This document shows positions 30,457 to 39,440 of a DNA stretch of 51,818 nt, in pieces; position 1 is the first letter of the stretch, and the number at the start of each line of letters is the position of its first letter. The notes under the pieces were generated by a model. It worked only from the letters and a program-made list of their open reading frames with translations, was not told the origin of the DNA and did not search any database. This DNA is from a virus (lineage: Duplodnaviria; Caudoviricetes), in the IMG/VR virus record IMGVR_UViG_3300027820_000005, positions 1 to 51,818 of that record; one strand, 5' to 3'. The translations under genes and the position numbers were made by a program.

Positions 30457-31138
30457 GGGTCGTCTCCGGCTCTACCATCGAGCCGCTCTCCTTGGAAGTG
30501 ATCAGCATGGCTCCGGTTTCGCGATTGATCGCGCAGACGTATCGGCTGTGCGCCGACGCGATCCGCCAACCACCTTCGATCGGGCTTCGCTTGAGCAGCA
30601 TGGGGATTCGGAGCCCGACCTTATGGCAACACTGGCACCAAATCGACTGCTCGTAGTGCGGCTCCGACTGCTTGCGGTACGCCGTGTACCACTCGGTGTC
30701 GGGCACCGCGCGCCCCCGCGGATCGCTGGAGAAGAACATCCCGAGGCCGTTGCAGCGCCGGCAGAGCATCGCCCAGGCGTGCTTGAGGTTGAAGTCCTCG
30801 TCGATCTTCGCCTTCACCTCGAGCGTGCTCTTGGCCCGCAGGCTCAGCAGGGCGTCGGCCGCATCGCTCGAATTGTCGTTCTCGAGGATCTCGTCGCGCG
30901 CCGCCTGCACCAGCTCCTGGATGTCCTCGGGGCCCTTGGGGGGAGTCTCGGAGTTCCCCTCGCCCTCCAACAGCTCGAGGTTCTGGGCCTTCTTCTCCCC
31001 CTTCTTCTGCTCCTTCGCCTTCTTCCGCGCGCGCTCCTTGAGCTGCTCTCGCAGCTCGGCCGCGTCCTTCTTCACGTCCTCCGTGTCGGACTTCGGGGGC
31101 CGATCCCCCAGTCGTTGATCTACTTGCTTCTCATCCAC
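30449..31138 (-). CDS. Hypothetical Zn-finger-containing protein (229 aa)
   Basis: GTG at 31138 with AGGAG RBS; K/E-rich N-terminus; CRRC and CQCC motifs. Confidence 0.7.
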   Translation of the reverse strand: MDEKQVDQRLGDRPPKSDTEDVKKDAAELREQLKERARKKAKEQKKGEKKAQNLELLEGEGNSETPPKGPEDIQELVQAARDEILENDNSSDAADALLSLRAKSTLEVKAKIDEDFNLKHAWAMLCRRCNGLGMFFSSDPRGRAVPDTEWYTAYRKQSEPHYEQSIWCQCCHKVGLRIPMLLKRSPIEGGWRIASAHSRYVCAINRETGAMLITSKESGSMVEPETTHA

Positions 31139-33186
31139 TACATGGCTCCTTGTCGTGCCGGGGCTGATGGGGTTCCGGTCTCGCCGGGAGTGCCTTGCAT
31201 CCCTTGGGCGAGCTCCTGCGCTTTCTTCATCATGTCTCCGAGCACCCGAACGTGCTCGTTCCACAGGCCGAGCACCACGTCCTGCGAGATGCGGTCGAGG
31301 TTCTCGTACTCCGCGGTCTTCATGAAGCTCGAGAGGACTGCCGCGAACACCTCGTGGTCCTGGAACGGCCGCACCGGGTATCCGCCGGCCAGAGCCCACT
31401 TGAGCGGGTCGTTCACGATCTCGTCGATGGCGCGCTCCGCCGCCTGTTCGTCGAGCAGCGTCTCGTCGATCATCGAGTCGCTGCCCCCGAATCGGTAGGA
31501 CTTGAGCACTTCGCGCCGCTGGTGCGGGTCGTTGAGGTCGATGACCTGGAACTGCAGGAGGTCGATGATCTCCGCTCGCCGCAGTTGTTCCGACTCCATG
31601 ATGGACGGCTCTCCGGTGATTCGGAGGTCGGTGCAAATGTCCGCGCGCCGGAAGTACTGAACCATCGTCTCCTCGTTCGGGCCGACGTACTTCATCACGC
31701 GGCTCCCCGAGTAGTTCTGCTTGCCGAGCAAGAGGAGGTTCCGACCCACCTCGCGGTCGACGCGAATCGAGCCGCGCGCGGGCTTCGACAGGTTGCGGTT
31801 CTTCTCCGCGAACATCGCCTGGATCGCGGCCCCGGAGCGCAGTTGCCCGGGGAGCGCGTCGTCGGGGGAGTGGTTGCTGGAGATCACGTCCATTTCGCGA
31901 GCACATGACCCCGCGTTCTCGGCCACTTCCTTCGGCAGACTCGGCGGCTCCCCGAAGATCAGGCTCCCGAGCCCCGTGGGCTTGTAGGAGTGGACGGAGC
32001 CGGGCGCGATCGTGAAGCGGCCCGTAGGAAGACCCCAGGACTCCGGCACCAGCATGAACGGGTGTCCGTGCACGTTCTGGTGCTCGATGATCGTCGCGCG
32101 CGCCTTGTTGTACTGGAACTGGGTAGCGGTCAACTGCTCGACCATGCCGAGTTGGATGAACCGGCCGCGGAACGGCCACCAGTCGACCTTGACGAACGGG
32201 TAGTGCATCCCGTCGCGGGCAAGCGCCGCGTACGGAGACGGCCCGTTGACGAGCGCGCGCCCGCCGACGAGCGCGACGTAGCGGCCGCTCCAGTTGTTCG
32301 TGCGCTTCGGCTTCTCCCAGTACTGCGTGAGCCGCGCGCGCGGAAGCCGCGTCGATCGCCTCGTGTTCTGCGTTCCGAGCCCCTGGACGCCGGAGGACAG
32401 GAAGGTGAGGGCCTCCTCGTACCACGCCGTTCCAACGAGGTCGGTCTCCTCCTCGACGTCCCACGCTGTGTCACCGAACCGCTGGACGAGAGCCTCGATC
32501 GAGACGCTCCCCGTGGTCGCGAACCACTCCAACTCGTCCATCTTCGGGGTCCGGTTGTTCCAGTCCCAGAAGGCGTTGAACGGGTTGACGGTCTCCACGT
32601 CCACCTCGCCCAAGAGCTGGTCCTTGTACCGACCCTCGGCCTCTGCGCGGCGCATCTCCTCTTCGCCAAGGCCGGTGATGACGTTCGAGTGGTTCTCGTC
32701 GTCGTAGTACTCGCGGATCGTGTCTCCGATGTCCGGGTTCCACCACGTCTGCAGGAAGCCCGAGCCGCAGATCGCCGCGTCGACAACAGCCAGTTCCTTC
32801 TCGGTGGCGTAGTCCGTCACCTCGAGCTGGTGCGCGGCGATGCGCGTCGACACCCTCGCGGCCTTCCTTCGCTGGCGGGTGTCGTTCTCGGGATAGACCT
32901 TGAAGCTGGCGCTCGACGAGATCACCTTGTCGACGGCTCGGTTCACAGCCGGAAGGATCATGTTGGCGCGGTACTGCACCGAGTGGTCGCTTCCCGGCTG
33001 TGTCGCGCGAAGCCGCACGCCGTCCTGGTGGAAGTTCTGCTTGCCGACGAAGTAGGCGTAGTCCTTGAGGCACTGCTCCTCCCACGCCTGCCGTTCCGGG
33101 TGGAACGACTTGGGGTCGACGCGCTCCATCACCCTGTTCAGGGCGTAGTCGTCGCTCCAGTCGGCGGGGATTCTCTGATGCGCCAT
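31138..33186 (-). CDS. Portal protein (682 aa)
   Basis: Size and position after the terminase; DAAICGSGF..WW, YPFV and LTATQFQYNK motifs resembling P22-like portals. Confidence 0.85.
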   Translation of the reverse strand: MAHQRIPADWSDDYALNRVMERVDPKSFHPERQAWEEQCLKDYAYFVGKQNFHQDGVRLRATQPGSDHSVQYRANMILPAVNRAVDKVISSSASFKVYPENDTRQRRKAARVSTRIAAHQLEVTDYATEKELAVVDAAICGSGFLQTWWNPDIGDTIREYYDDENHSNVITGLGEEEMRRAEAEGRYKDQLLGEVDVETVNPFNAFWDWNNRTPKMDELEWFATTGSVSIEALVQRFGDTAWDVEEETDLVGTAWYEEALTFLSSGVQGLGTQNTRRSTRLPRARLTQYWEKPKRTNNWSGRYVALVGGRALVNGPSPYAALARDGMHYPFVKVDWWPFRGRFIQLGMVEQLTATQFQYNKARATIIEHQNVHGHPFMLVPESWGLPTGRFTIAPGSVHSYKPTGLGSLIFGEPPSLPKEVAENAGSCAREMDVISSNHSPDDALPGQLRSGAAIQAMFAEKNRNLSKPARGSIRVDREVGRNLLLLGKQNYSGSRVMKYVGPNEETMVQYFRRADICTDLRITGEPSIMESEQLRRAEIIDLLQFQVIDLNDPHQRREVLKSYRFGGSDSMIDETLLDEQAAERAIDEIVNDPLKWALAGGYPVRPFQDHEVFAAVLSSFMKTAEYENLDRISQDVVLGLWNEHVRVLGDMMKKAQELAQGMQGTPGETGTPSAPARQGAM

Positions 33187-33437
33187 TACTGCGCCGGCGG
33201 TTCGTAGGCTCTCGCTGCGCCGTTCGAGCGCGTGAACACCGCGCGCTCGATCTCTTCTTCGGTCGGCTGCCGCCCTCGAATCACGTCGGGCTGCATCATC
33301 GCGCCGGCCAGGTGCATGAGCTTGGTTTCGAGCTCGCGGTTCTGGGAGATCAGGTGGAGGATCACCCGAAACAGGAGGAGGAACCCCGCCAGGCTGATGA
33401 TGCAGACCGTCAGGAAGGCCGTGAGGTCACTCCACAT
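33186..33437 (-). CDS. Small membrane protein (83 aa)
   Basis: N-terminal TM helix LTAFLTVCIISLAGFLLLF. Confidence 0.7.
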   Translation of the reverse strand: MWSDLTAFLTVCIISLAGFLLLFRVILHLISQNRELETKLMHLAGAMMQPDVIRGRQPTEEEIERAVFTRSNGAARAYEPPAQ

Positions 33438-33741
33438 GCCACACGCTCTCGAACTGGCCCTTGGAGAGCACGGCGATGTCGTCGCCGGTCAGGACGTGAT
33501 AGCAGCCGTTGACGACGAGGCGCATTCCCTTCGGCGTCGGCGCCAGGTAGGTCGGTCCGCGCGGGGTGACCTTGCTCTGGACCCAGCCCTCGAGCGGCTC
33601 CATGCCGTGCTCCCAGTAGAACGCCTCGATCTTCTGCTCCGACCGGTAGGTGCGGATCTGCACCTTCGGCTCACTTCCTTCGGAACCCTCGCCCCCTTTG
33701 GACTCCTTCTTCGCCTTCTTCGCCTTCTTCGCCTGAGCCAT
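33427..33741 (-). CDS. Hypothetical protein (104 aa)
   Basis: ATG with GAGG RBS; K-rich N-terminus. Confidence 0.65.
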   Translation of the reverse strand: MAQAKKAKKAKKESKGGEGSEGSEPKVQIRTYRSEQKIEAFYWEHGMEPLEGWVQSKVTPRGPTYLAPTPKGMRLVVNGCYHVLTGDDIAVLSKGQFESVWHVE

Positions 33742-34456
33742 TGTGCCTCCTCAGTCGCCTGTTTACACCGAAGACGAGTTCCTCGGCGGCCTTGTCCTCT
33801 GCCTCCCATTCATCCCACATCCGGTCCTCGTCCGTCAAGCGCTCGACGCTGGTAGGTGCCTCGAAGATCCCCGACGTGTACCCCGCGTCCCGGGCTTCCA
33901 GGGTGAGCGCGTAGGCGATCACCGTGTCGTCGTGGTCCTCGTGGACGATCTGACCCTTCTCGTTCAGTTTGATGCCGCGGGCCTCGTGGAGCAGGATGGG
34001 GCAGTTGATCTCGTACTCCTCCTCGAGCGCCACGCGGACCCTGTTGAAGAGCATCGGCCGCGTGCGCACGTCGGTTCGATAGCCGAGCTTCTTGGTCTCC
34101 TGGCGCTGCACCTGGTCCTGGTGGATGCGCCGGTAGAGGTTCGGGTAGCCCAGGAGCATGGCGTTGTTGGCGGCCGTGAGCCCGTGCGCTGACCCCCCGG
34201 TCTCGAAGCAGATGAACGCCTCGTTGTAGGCGTAGCCCAGCAGGCAGCAGCAGAGCGCCCACTGGTTGGCGTCGATCAGGCCGCGCCACCGCGCGCACAT
34301 CTTCATCGTCTGCGACTCGATGACGTACGCCACGGCGTAGTCACCACCCCGGATGCCCTCGCTCGAGTCGACACCCATCGCGTAACGGAGGCTGGGATCT
34401 GGCTCGTACCAGATGGCGAGCTCGCCCTTCGGGTCGTCGATGAAGACCGGATCCAC
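33671..34456 (-). CDS. terL: Terminase large subunit, C-terminal RNase H-like nuclease part (261 aa)
   Basis: YAMGVDSSEG..GDY, ICFE and HDDTVIAYAL catalytic acidic motifs. Confidence 0.85.
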   Translation of the reverse strand: MDPVFIDDPKGELAIWYEPDPSLRYAMGVDSSEGIRGGDYAVAYVIESQTMKMCARWRGLIDANQWALCCCLLGYAYNEAFICFETGGSAHGLTAANNAMLLGYPNLYRRIHQDQVQRQETKKLGYRTDVRTRPMLFNRVRVALEEEYEINCPILLHEARGIKLNEKGQIVHEDHDDTVIAYALTLEARDAGYTSGIFEAPTSVERLTDEDRMWDEWEAEDKAAEELVFGVNRRLRRHNGSGEEGEEGEEGVQRGRGFRRK

Positions 34457-34459
34457 AGG

Positions 34460-35710
34460 TCACAGCTTCCTGGGGCTGCGCTGCACGAGTCGGTTGCTGC
34501 GGTCGGATGGCCGGATCGGAATAATGGGCTGGGTGTTGTCCATGTCGATCAGGGTCCCCGTCATCACGGGATCCGGCAAGGCCCGGCTCAGCAGGCGGAT
34601 CCTGTCGAGGTTGAAGAACGGCCGACCGGACGCCTTGAACGCCTCGTCCGGGTCGGCCGGGTACTGCTCCATGAACTCGTCCCAGTCCCCCCCGAGGTCT
34701 TGCGCGCACGTCTGCCGGCGCCACCAGAGCTGGTCGAAGTCGAGCCCGAACCTCTCGATGAGCGCCTCCTCGTCGGGCGTGAGCGTGTCCCGGATGCGCT
34801 CCATCAGGTCCTGCGGGAGATACCCGGGCAGGTACTCGCCGCGCCCTTGCTGTTGCGACCATCGGTACTCGTGGTGCTCCCACCAGGCGACGAAGATGGC
34901 CACGTTGCCGCTCTCGTGCACATAGCCGTCGTTCTGGGCGTTCCAGGCAGCCCAGAAGAGGTTGCGGTACCAGCCGGTGTCGCCGTTCGCCGTCGACTCG
35001 TTGTAGATTTCGGTGCCCGGGTACTTGGCGACCGTCGAGAGCAGGCCCTTGGCCTTGCGCTCCGCGTCCTTCCACCGGCTCGTCTCGGTGAGGTGCAGGA
35101 AGGTCGACGTGTCGCCGTGACCGGGCTCCTCCACCTCGGCGGAGTCCGTGTCGATCGTCGAGTGAATCGGCTCCCCGATGCGGATTTCGTGCCTCGACCC
35201 GTCGATCGCCAGGTCCCACTTGGTGCCGTCGAGCCGTTGAAGGTGGCGAACCATGCCCTTCATCATCGCGAGCACCTTGCGGCTGATGTCCTTCCGGTGC
35301 GCGATCACCTGGGCGTGCTTGTTCTCGCCGCGGACGCAATGCTCGAAGGCGAGGCCCTCGACGTAGGTGGAGAACCCGATCCGCCGAGGCTTGAGGATGA
35401 TGATGCGCACCGGCATCCCGTGCCTGATCATCCAGAGCCGGCCGGCCTCGAGCCGTCGCTGGCCGAAGTTCGGGACGAGGTACACCATCCCGCGCTCGTT
35501 GTCCTTGTGCAGAATCTTGACGTGCGCCTGGATCCAGCGCCTCGCCGGCACCTTCCGCCATCCGGGCAGCCCGCGGTTGCGGTCCCAGAGGTGCGCGAAT
35601 CGGTAGTTCTCCTGGACCCGGAAGTCCTTGCTGTGGAGCTGGATGCTGGCTTCGATCTGCTCGAGCTGGTCCTCGGGCGGAGGCGCCAGAGAGTCGGGAT
35701 CCCAGATCAT
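34460..35710 (-). CDS. terL: Terminase large subunit, N-terminal ATPase part (416 aa)
   Basis: Walker A IILKPRRIGFST, Walker B LHLTE, motif III ESTANG, EQYP..PDEAF. Confidence 0.9.
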   Translation of the reverse strand: MIWDPDSLAPPPEDQLEQIEASIQLHSKDFRVQENYRFAHLWDRNRGLPGWRKVPARRWIQAHVKILHKDNERGMVYLVPNFGQRRLEAGRLWMIRHGMPVRIIILKPRRIGFSTYVEGLAFEHCVRGENKHAQVIAHRKDISRKVLAMMKGMVRHLQRLDGTKWDLAIDGSRHEIRIGEPIHSTIDTDSAEVEEPGHGDTSTFLHLTETSRWKDAERKAKGLLSTVAKYPGTEIYNESTANGDTGWYRNLFWAAWNAQNDGYVHESGNVAIFVAWWEHHEYRWSQQQGRGEYLPGYLPQDLMERIRDTLTPDEEALIERFGLDFDQLWWRRQTCAQDLGGDWDEFMEQYPADPDEAFKASGRPFFNLDRIRLLSRALPDPVMTGTLIDMDNTQPIIPIRPSDRSNRLVQRSPRKL

Positions 35711-35958
35711 TCCCCGTAGGGGTTGTAGATCCGCTTCCGCAGCGTCCAGTAGTTGACGCCGAGCTCCTCGGCCACCTGGCGGATCGTGAGCCCGTCCTCC
35801 CGCCGGCGCTGGGCGAGCTTGAGGTGCTCTTCGGTCAGCGCGCGGTCACACCGTCGCTTGGCGACGAGGAGCTCGGCGTGCTCGTCGCAGAGCCGCACCT
35901 TGCGGACGCGGACGTTCTCTTCGGTCTCGCAGACGGCGCACTTGTGGGCTTCGGCCAT
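35707..35958 (-). CDS. Zn-ribbon plus HTH protein (83 aa), candidate terminase small subunit or regulator
   Basis: CAVC..CDEH and GLTIRQVAEELGVNYWTL HTH; ATGA-coupled to terL. Confidence 0.6.
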   Translation of the reverse strand: MAEAHKCAVCETEENVRVRKVRLCDEHAELLVAKRRCDRALTEEHLKLAQRRREDGLTIRQVAEELGVNYWTLRKRIYNPYGE

Positions 35959-36362
35959 GTGCCCCGTAGTACCCGAAAGGCCCGCCGCGCCGCGAGCAAA
36001 AACCGCGACCGGCGGCCGAAATTGCTCGCTTCGCTCGCAGACCCCTGAACTGGAACCGTTCTGGGGCCTCGGTCGCTTCGCTCGCGCGCCTGACGGCGGC
36101 TCACTCCCTCGGCCTTGCTCACGGCCCCCCCTACCCCCCAGGGCTTGACGATCCCCGGAGGACGTAGCGGAGGGGTGGCCCAGCAGGGTTACTTTAGCGC
36201 CGCTTGCCCTGCGTGCCCGGCGTTACCCGGGGTCCCCTTCGGCGTTGCACCAAGCCTTGCGGCCCTTGAGGCGACGGATCGCGGTGCGGGTCATCCACCT
36301 GTTGGTGAGCCGTGGATGTGCCTGCTCTGGTCGGGACCGTACCCCGGACTTCGGCCGCGGTC

Positions 36363-36397
36363 AAAAAAAAAGGACGTCCCGGGCCAGCGGGACGTCC
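36363..36397 (-). terminator. Intrinsic terminator
   Basis: GGACGTCCCG-N6-CGGGACGTCC stem, followed on the minus strand by U9. Confidence 0.85.
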
Positions 36398-36472
36398 AGT
36401 CGGATCCATGACCGAGCAGGCTTGGATCCAAGGGGGCCGTAGTTTCCCCCAACGGGTTCCTCCAGGCAAGCC

Positions 36473-36964
36473 CTACCCGGCTTCTTTCCCTCCGCCCCGC
36501 AGGTAATCGAGCTTCTGCTCGAGGTGCGCGTCGTTCTTGGAGTTGGCGCGCAGGCGCTCGGCGCCCTCGGTGGCGCGCGAGGCGTTCGGGACCTTCGGCT
36601 GGTAGGCCGGCGGCTTCGAGGCGCCCTTGATGACTCCGTGGGTGTTCCCGAGGAGCTTGGCGGCTTCGAGCCTGACGCGGGGGTCGTCGGTGGCCTTGAG
36701 CATGACCTCCATCGAGACGCGCTCGACGAGCTCCTTGGCCTCGTCCTCGTCGAGCCTCCGAGTCGTCTGGATGAGCATGAGCTCCCGGATGCGGGCCTCG
36801 GTCTGCTTCTCGTCGGAGCTCTTGTCGTCGTCTTGCGGCATGAGAAGGGCCTCGAGTTCGGGTGAGCGGTCGGGGAGCAAGGGGCTCGGGAACATGGCTT
36901 CCCGAGCCTCCTCGCGTTTGCGAGCGATGGCCGCCCGCTTTCGAGCGCGGCCGCGCTGGTTCAC
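36473..36964 (-). CDS. Hypothetical helical protein (163 aa), alternative terminase small subunit candidate
   Basis: GTGA-coupled start; DPRVRLEAAKLLG motif resembles TerS C-terminal helices. Confidence 0.55.
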   Translation of the reverse strand: MNQRGRARKRAAIARKREEAREAMFPSPLLPDRSPELEALLMPQDDDKSSDEKQTEARIRELMLIQTTRRLDEDEAKELVERVSMEVMLKATDDPRVRLEAAKLLGNTHGVIKGASKPPAYQPKVPNASRATEGAERLRANSKNDAHLEQKLDYLRGGGKEAG

Positions 36965-37158
36965 CGGAGCTTGGGCGTGGCCGTCGACTTCGACGAGGTG
37001 TGGACCTTGCTCTTCGGTGACCACTTCTGGCGCTTGGTCGCGCCGCCCGTGGTGCGCGGCTGGCTGGTGCTTGCCGTGAACGGCCCTCCCTTGCGGGTTG
37101 CCCCGAAAGAGCCGGAGGGCACGCGCCCGACGCCGAGCTTCTGGCCTGCGACCTTCAC
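36961..37158 (-). CDS. Small basic low-complexity protein (65 aa)
   Basis: GTGA overlaps at both ends; K/R/G/S/T-rich with no acidic residues. Confidence 0.6.
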   Translation of the reverse strand: MKVAGQKLGVGRVPSGSFGATRKGGPFTASTSQPRTTGGATKRQKWSPKSKVHTSSKSTATPKLR

Positions 37159-37364
37159 TTCGAGTGGGCCGAAGACTTCGGCATCCGCCCGGACTTGGTG
37201 CCGGCGATGCCGGTTCCGCCGGGCGGCGACGTCTGTTCGCGGGTCGCGCGCGAGGCGCTGCCCTTGGACTTGGTGTTGGCGCCGACGTTGTGGCCGATCG
37301 ACGTCGCGGTGCCGGCGTGCGGGCCGTCGCCGCGGGAACCGGACTTCTGGGGGTGTCCCTTCAT
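37155..37364 (-). CDS. Small basic low-complexity protein (69 aa)
   Basis: GAGG RBS, ATG at 37364; G/S/K/T-rich. Confidence 0.6.
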   Translation of the reverse strand: MKGHPQKSGSRGDGPHAGTATSIGHNVGANTKSKGSASRATREQTSPPGGTGIAGTKSGRMPKSSAHSK

Positions 37365-37518
37365 AGGAATGTCCTCGTGCTGTTGGTGTCTCGAGACGGG
37401 CTCAGGGCCCTGCAACACTCCTAGGATGCGCGCCGAACTTCTCGATGTCCACGGTTGACGGCCGAGCGTGTATCTGCGAGCCTTAGCAGACCCTTTTCGG
37501 CACCAACAAGGAGATGCC

Positions 37519-37746
37519 ATGCAAGAGAAGCTCGACAACTGGTTCACTTACCACTCGCCCGACGACCACACGGAAGGCCCTGCCGCCGTCACGCAGCGCT
37601 ACGGGCGGCTGCGCGCGGCCGGCAAGGCTTTCGCGGAGGTGATCGTCGCGGAGACGCCGCCTTCGGCCGACCAGTCGGATGCGATCCGCAAGGTTCGCGA
37701 GGCCGTGATGACCGCCAACGCGGCGATCGCCTGCGAGGGTCGCTGA
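37519..37746 (+). CDS. Acb2/Tad1 hairpin-like protein (75 aa), putative immune-signal sponge
   Basis: AAGGAG RBS; WFTYHSP..RYGRLR..P.SADQSDAIRKVREAVMTANAAIA pattern. Confidence 0.7.
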   Translation: MQEKLDNWFTYHSPDDHTEGPAAVTQRYGRLRAAGKAFAEVIVAETPPSADQSDAIRKVREAVMTANAAIACEGR

Positions 37747-37946
37747 TGTCCGAGTTCAGCACCACCCAGGTCCCCGTGACCGACGAGATGCGCGACCGCG
37801 CGCGAGCTCTCGTCCCCCTGATGAAGCGCGGCAACCCCCTGATCCGGTCGGCTAGCAACGTCTTCTACGTCGCCTTGTGCGAGGGGCTCTCGAAGCTCGA
37901 GGCCGTTCACACCCAGCCGTCCCCGCGGTCGACGGAAGAAGACTGA
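37746..37946 (+). CDS. Small protein (66 aa), possibly ribbon-helix-helix DNA-binding
   Basis: TGATG coupling; TTQVPVTDEMRDRARAL strand-helix pattern. Confidence 0.5.
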   Translation: MSEFSTTQVPVTDEMRDRARALVPLMKRGNPLIRSASNVFYVALCEGLSKLEAVHTQPSPRSTEED

Positions 37947-38830
37947 TGGAGAACGACTACGCGATTCGCCAGTACGAGGAGGCGTGCGGCCTTCTGCCCG
38001 AAGAGTGGGCCGTTGACGACGAGCACTCGCTGGTGGATCGCGTGGCGGACTTGGTGCGCGACGTACAGAAACTCGAAGGACGTCGCTGCAACATGGGACA
38101 CCACAACGCGCTACCGCTCAAGTTCTGGGACTGCCCGACTTGCACGGCAGAGCTTCGGGTAGGACTGCGGGCCGAGCGCGACGTCGCGCTAGCCAAGCTC
38201 GCCAGCGCCGAGTCCATCCTTGCGGCAACCGCAGACCGGCTCGGCGTGGCCCTGCGGGAGGTTGGCATCTTCTGGTGGGACGGGAGGGGCTATAGCGAGT
38301 CGCTTGCGGTTCGCGACGGCATCGTTGCGCTCTATGACAAGGGCTCGGAATGGCGGCAGGAGGCCACCAAGTGGAAAGACGCCTTCGAGTGCGAGGCGGC
38401 CAAGCTCAAGGATGCGGAGGAGCAGGCGGACTCGCTCGCGGACTACCTGAACGCCGCCGAGGCCCGCGTGCGCGAGCTGGAGGAGGCAGAATCCATGCTC
38501 AAGATTCAACTGGGACGGATGACCGCAAAGGCCTCCAACCAAACTGTCGAGCTGCGAAAGCTGCACATGAAACGACGCGACATCGAGCACAAGGACAAGG
38601 CGCTCACCAACGCACGCGAAGCCATCGCCGCCGCCCAAGCCGAAGCCGCATCGTGGAAGGCCAAGGCGGAGGCAGCAGAAAGCTCGGCAAGTGTGGCCTT
38701 CGACTGCCACAATCGCCTGCTATCCGAGATGGACGAGCGGCGCAGGGAGTGCGTTGACCTCCGCGCCCAGCTCCAGGCCGAGCGTGAGCGAGTGAGGCGC
38801 CTGGAGGAACAGCTGGAGGCCCAGCAATGA
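37946..38830 (+). CDS. Coiled-coil protein with CxxC motif (294 aa), Ead/Ea22-like
   Basis: Long heptad-rich region; AEARVRELEE. Confidence 0.65.
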   Translation: MENDYAIRQYEEACGLLPEEWAVDDEHSLVDRVADLVRDVQKLEGRRCNMGHHNALPLKFWDCPTCTAELRVGLRAERDVALAKLASAESILAATADRLGVALREVGIFWWDGRGYSESLAVRDGIVALYDKGSEWRQEATKWKDAFECEAAKLKDAEEQADSLADYLNAAEARVRELEEAESMLKIQLGRMTAKASNQTVELRKLHMKRRDIEHKDKALTNAREAIAAAQAEAASWKAKAEAAESSASVAFDCHNRLLSEMDERRRECVDLRAQLQAERERVRRLEEQLEAQQ

Positions 38831-39033
38831 AGGTGCGCATCTGGTTTGAGCTGGAGGGCGACGAACCCTGGGTGGTTACCGCTTGGGACGAGCAGTCCAT
38901 CGAGTGCAACCCCGAGGGCTGCCAAGCGGACGTAGCCAAGCACCCCGACGCCAAGCCCCTCGACGTGACCATTCCCGACGAGGCTATCCAGGCGCTCTTT
39001 GACGTGCCGGTGGTGGACGGGGAGGTGGGGTGA
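38827..39033 (+). CDS. Hypothetical protein (68 aa)
   Basis: ATGA overlap, GGAGG RBS. Confidence 0.7.
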   Translation: MKVRIWFELEGDEPWVVTAWDEQSIECNPEGCQADVAKHPDAKPLDVTIPDEAIQALFDVPVVDGEVG

Positions 39034-39440
39034 TGGGGTGGGAAGACACATCAGCCGCGCCGTACGGTTCGGAGTTCGACGAAGAGGACGAGGACGAGGA
39101 AGAAGAGCATGAGCACGAGAAGAGCATGAGCACGAAACAGACAGGCCCGATGTTCCTGCTCCACAGCCCGCGTTCCGACCTTCACGGCTACGAGTTCACT
39201 GACGAGGCCCACGCGCAACGCTGGATTGACCAGGACATCAACGTCTTCTCCAAGAAGCCCGCCCGCTGCCACGTCTACGAGCGCCTTACCAACAAGCGCC
39301 GGTGCGCGTGCTGCGGCGAACGCCACTATAAGCCGGGCAAGTCGTTGCGCCGTCTGGTGCCGCGTACGCCCAGCGACGACGAGCGCGCGGAGTGGGGAGC
39401 GAAGATGAAGCGGCTGCGAGAGGAGTTGTCGAAGCGATGA
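39030..39440 (+). CDS. Hypothetical protein (internal start MSTKQ at 39126 is possible)
   Basis: Acidic N-terminus joined by a 17-bp tandem duplication (39101-39134) to an MSTKQ module. Confidence 0.6.
   Translation: MMGWEDTSAAPYGSEFDEEDEDEEEEHEHEKSMSTKQTGPMFLLHSPRSDLHGYEFTDEAHAQRWIDQDINVFSKKPARCHVYERLTNKRRCACCGERHYKPGKSLRRLVPRTPSDDERAEWGAKMKRLREELSKR

Noticed and set aside
34460-34462. Genome-wide TGA recoding or selenocysteine at the terL stop
   Set aside because: TGA is the normal stop in many ATGA/TGATG gene overlaps here; the site is a non-catalytic linker and I saw no convincing SECIS
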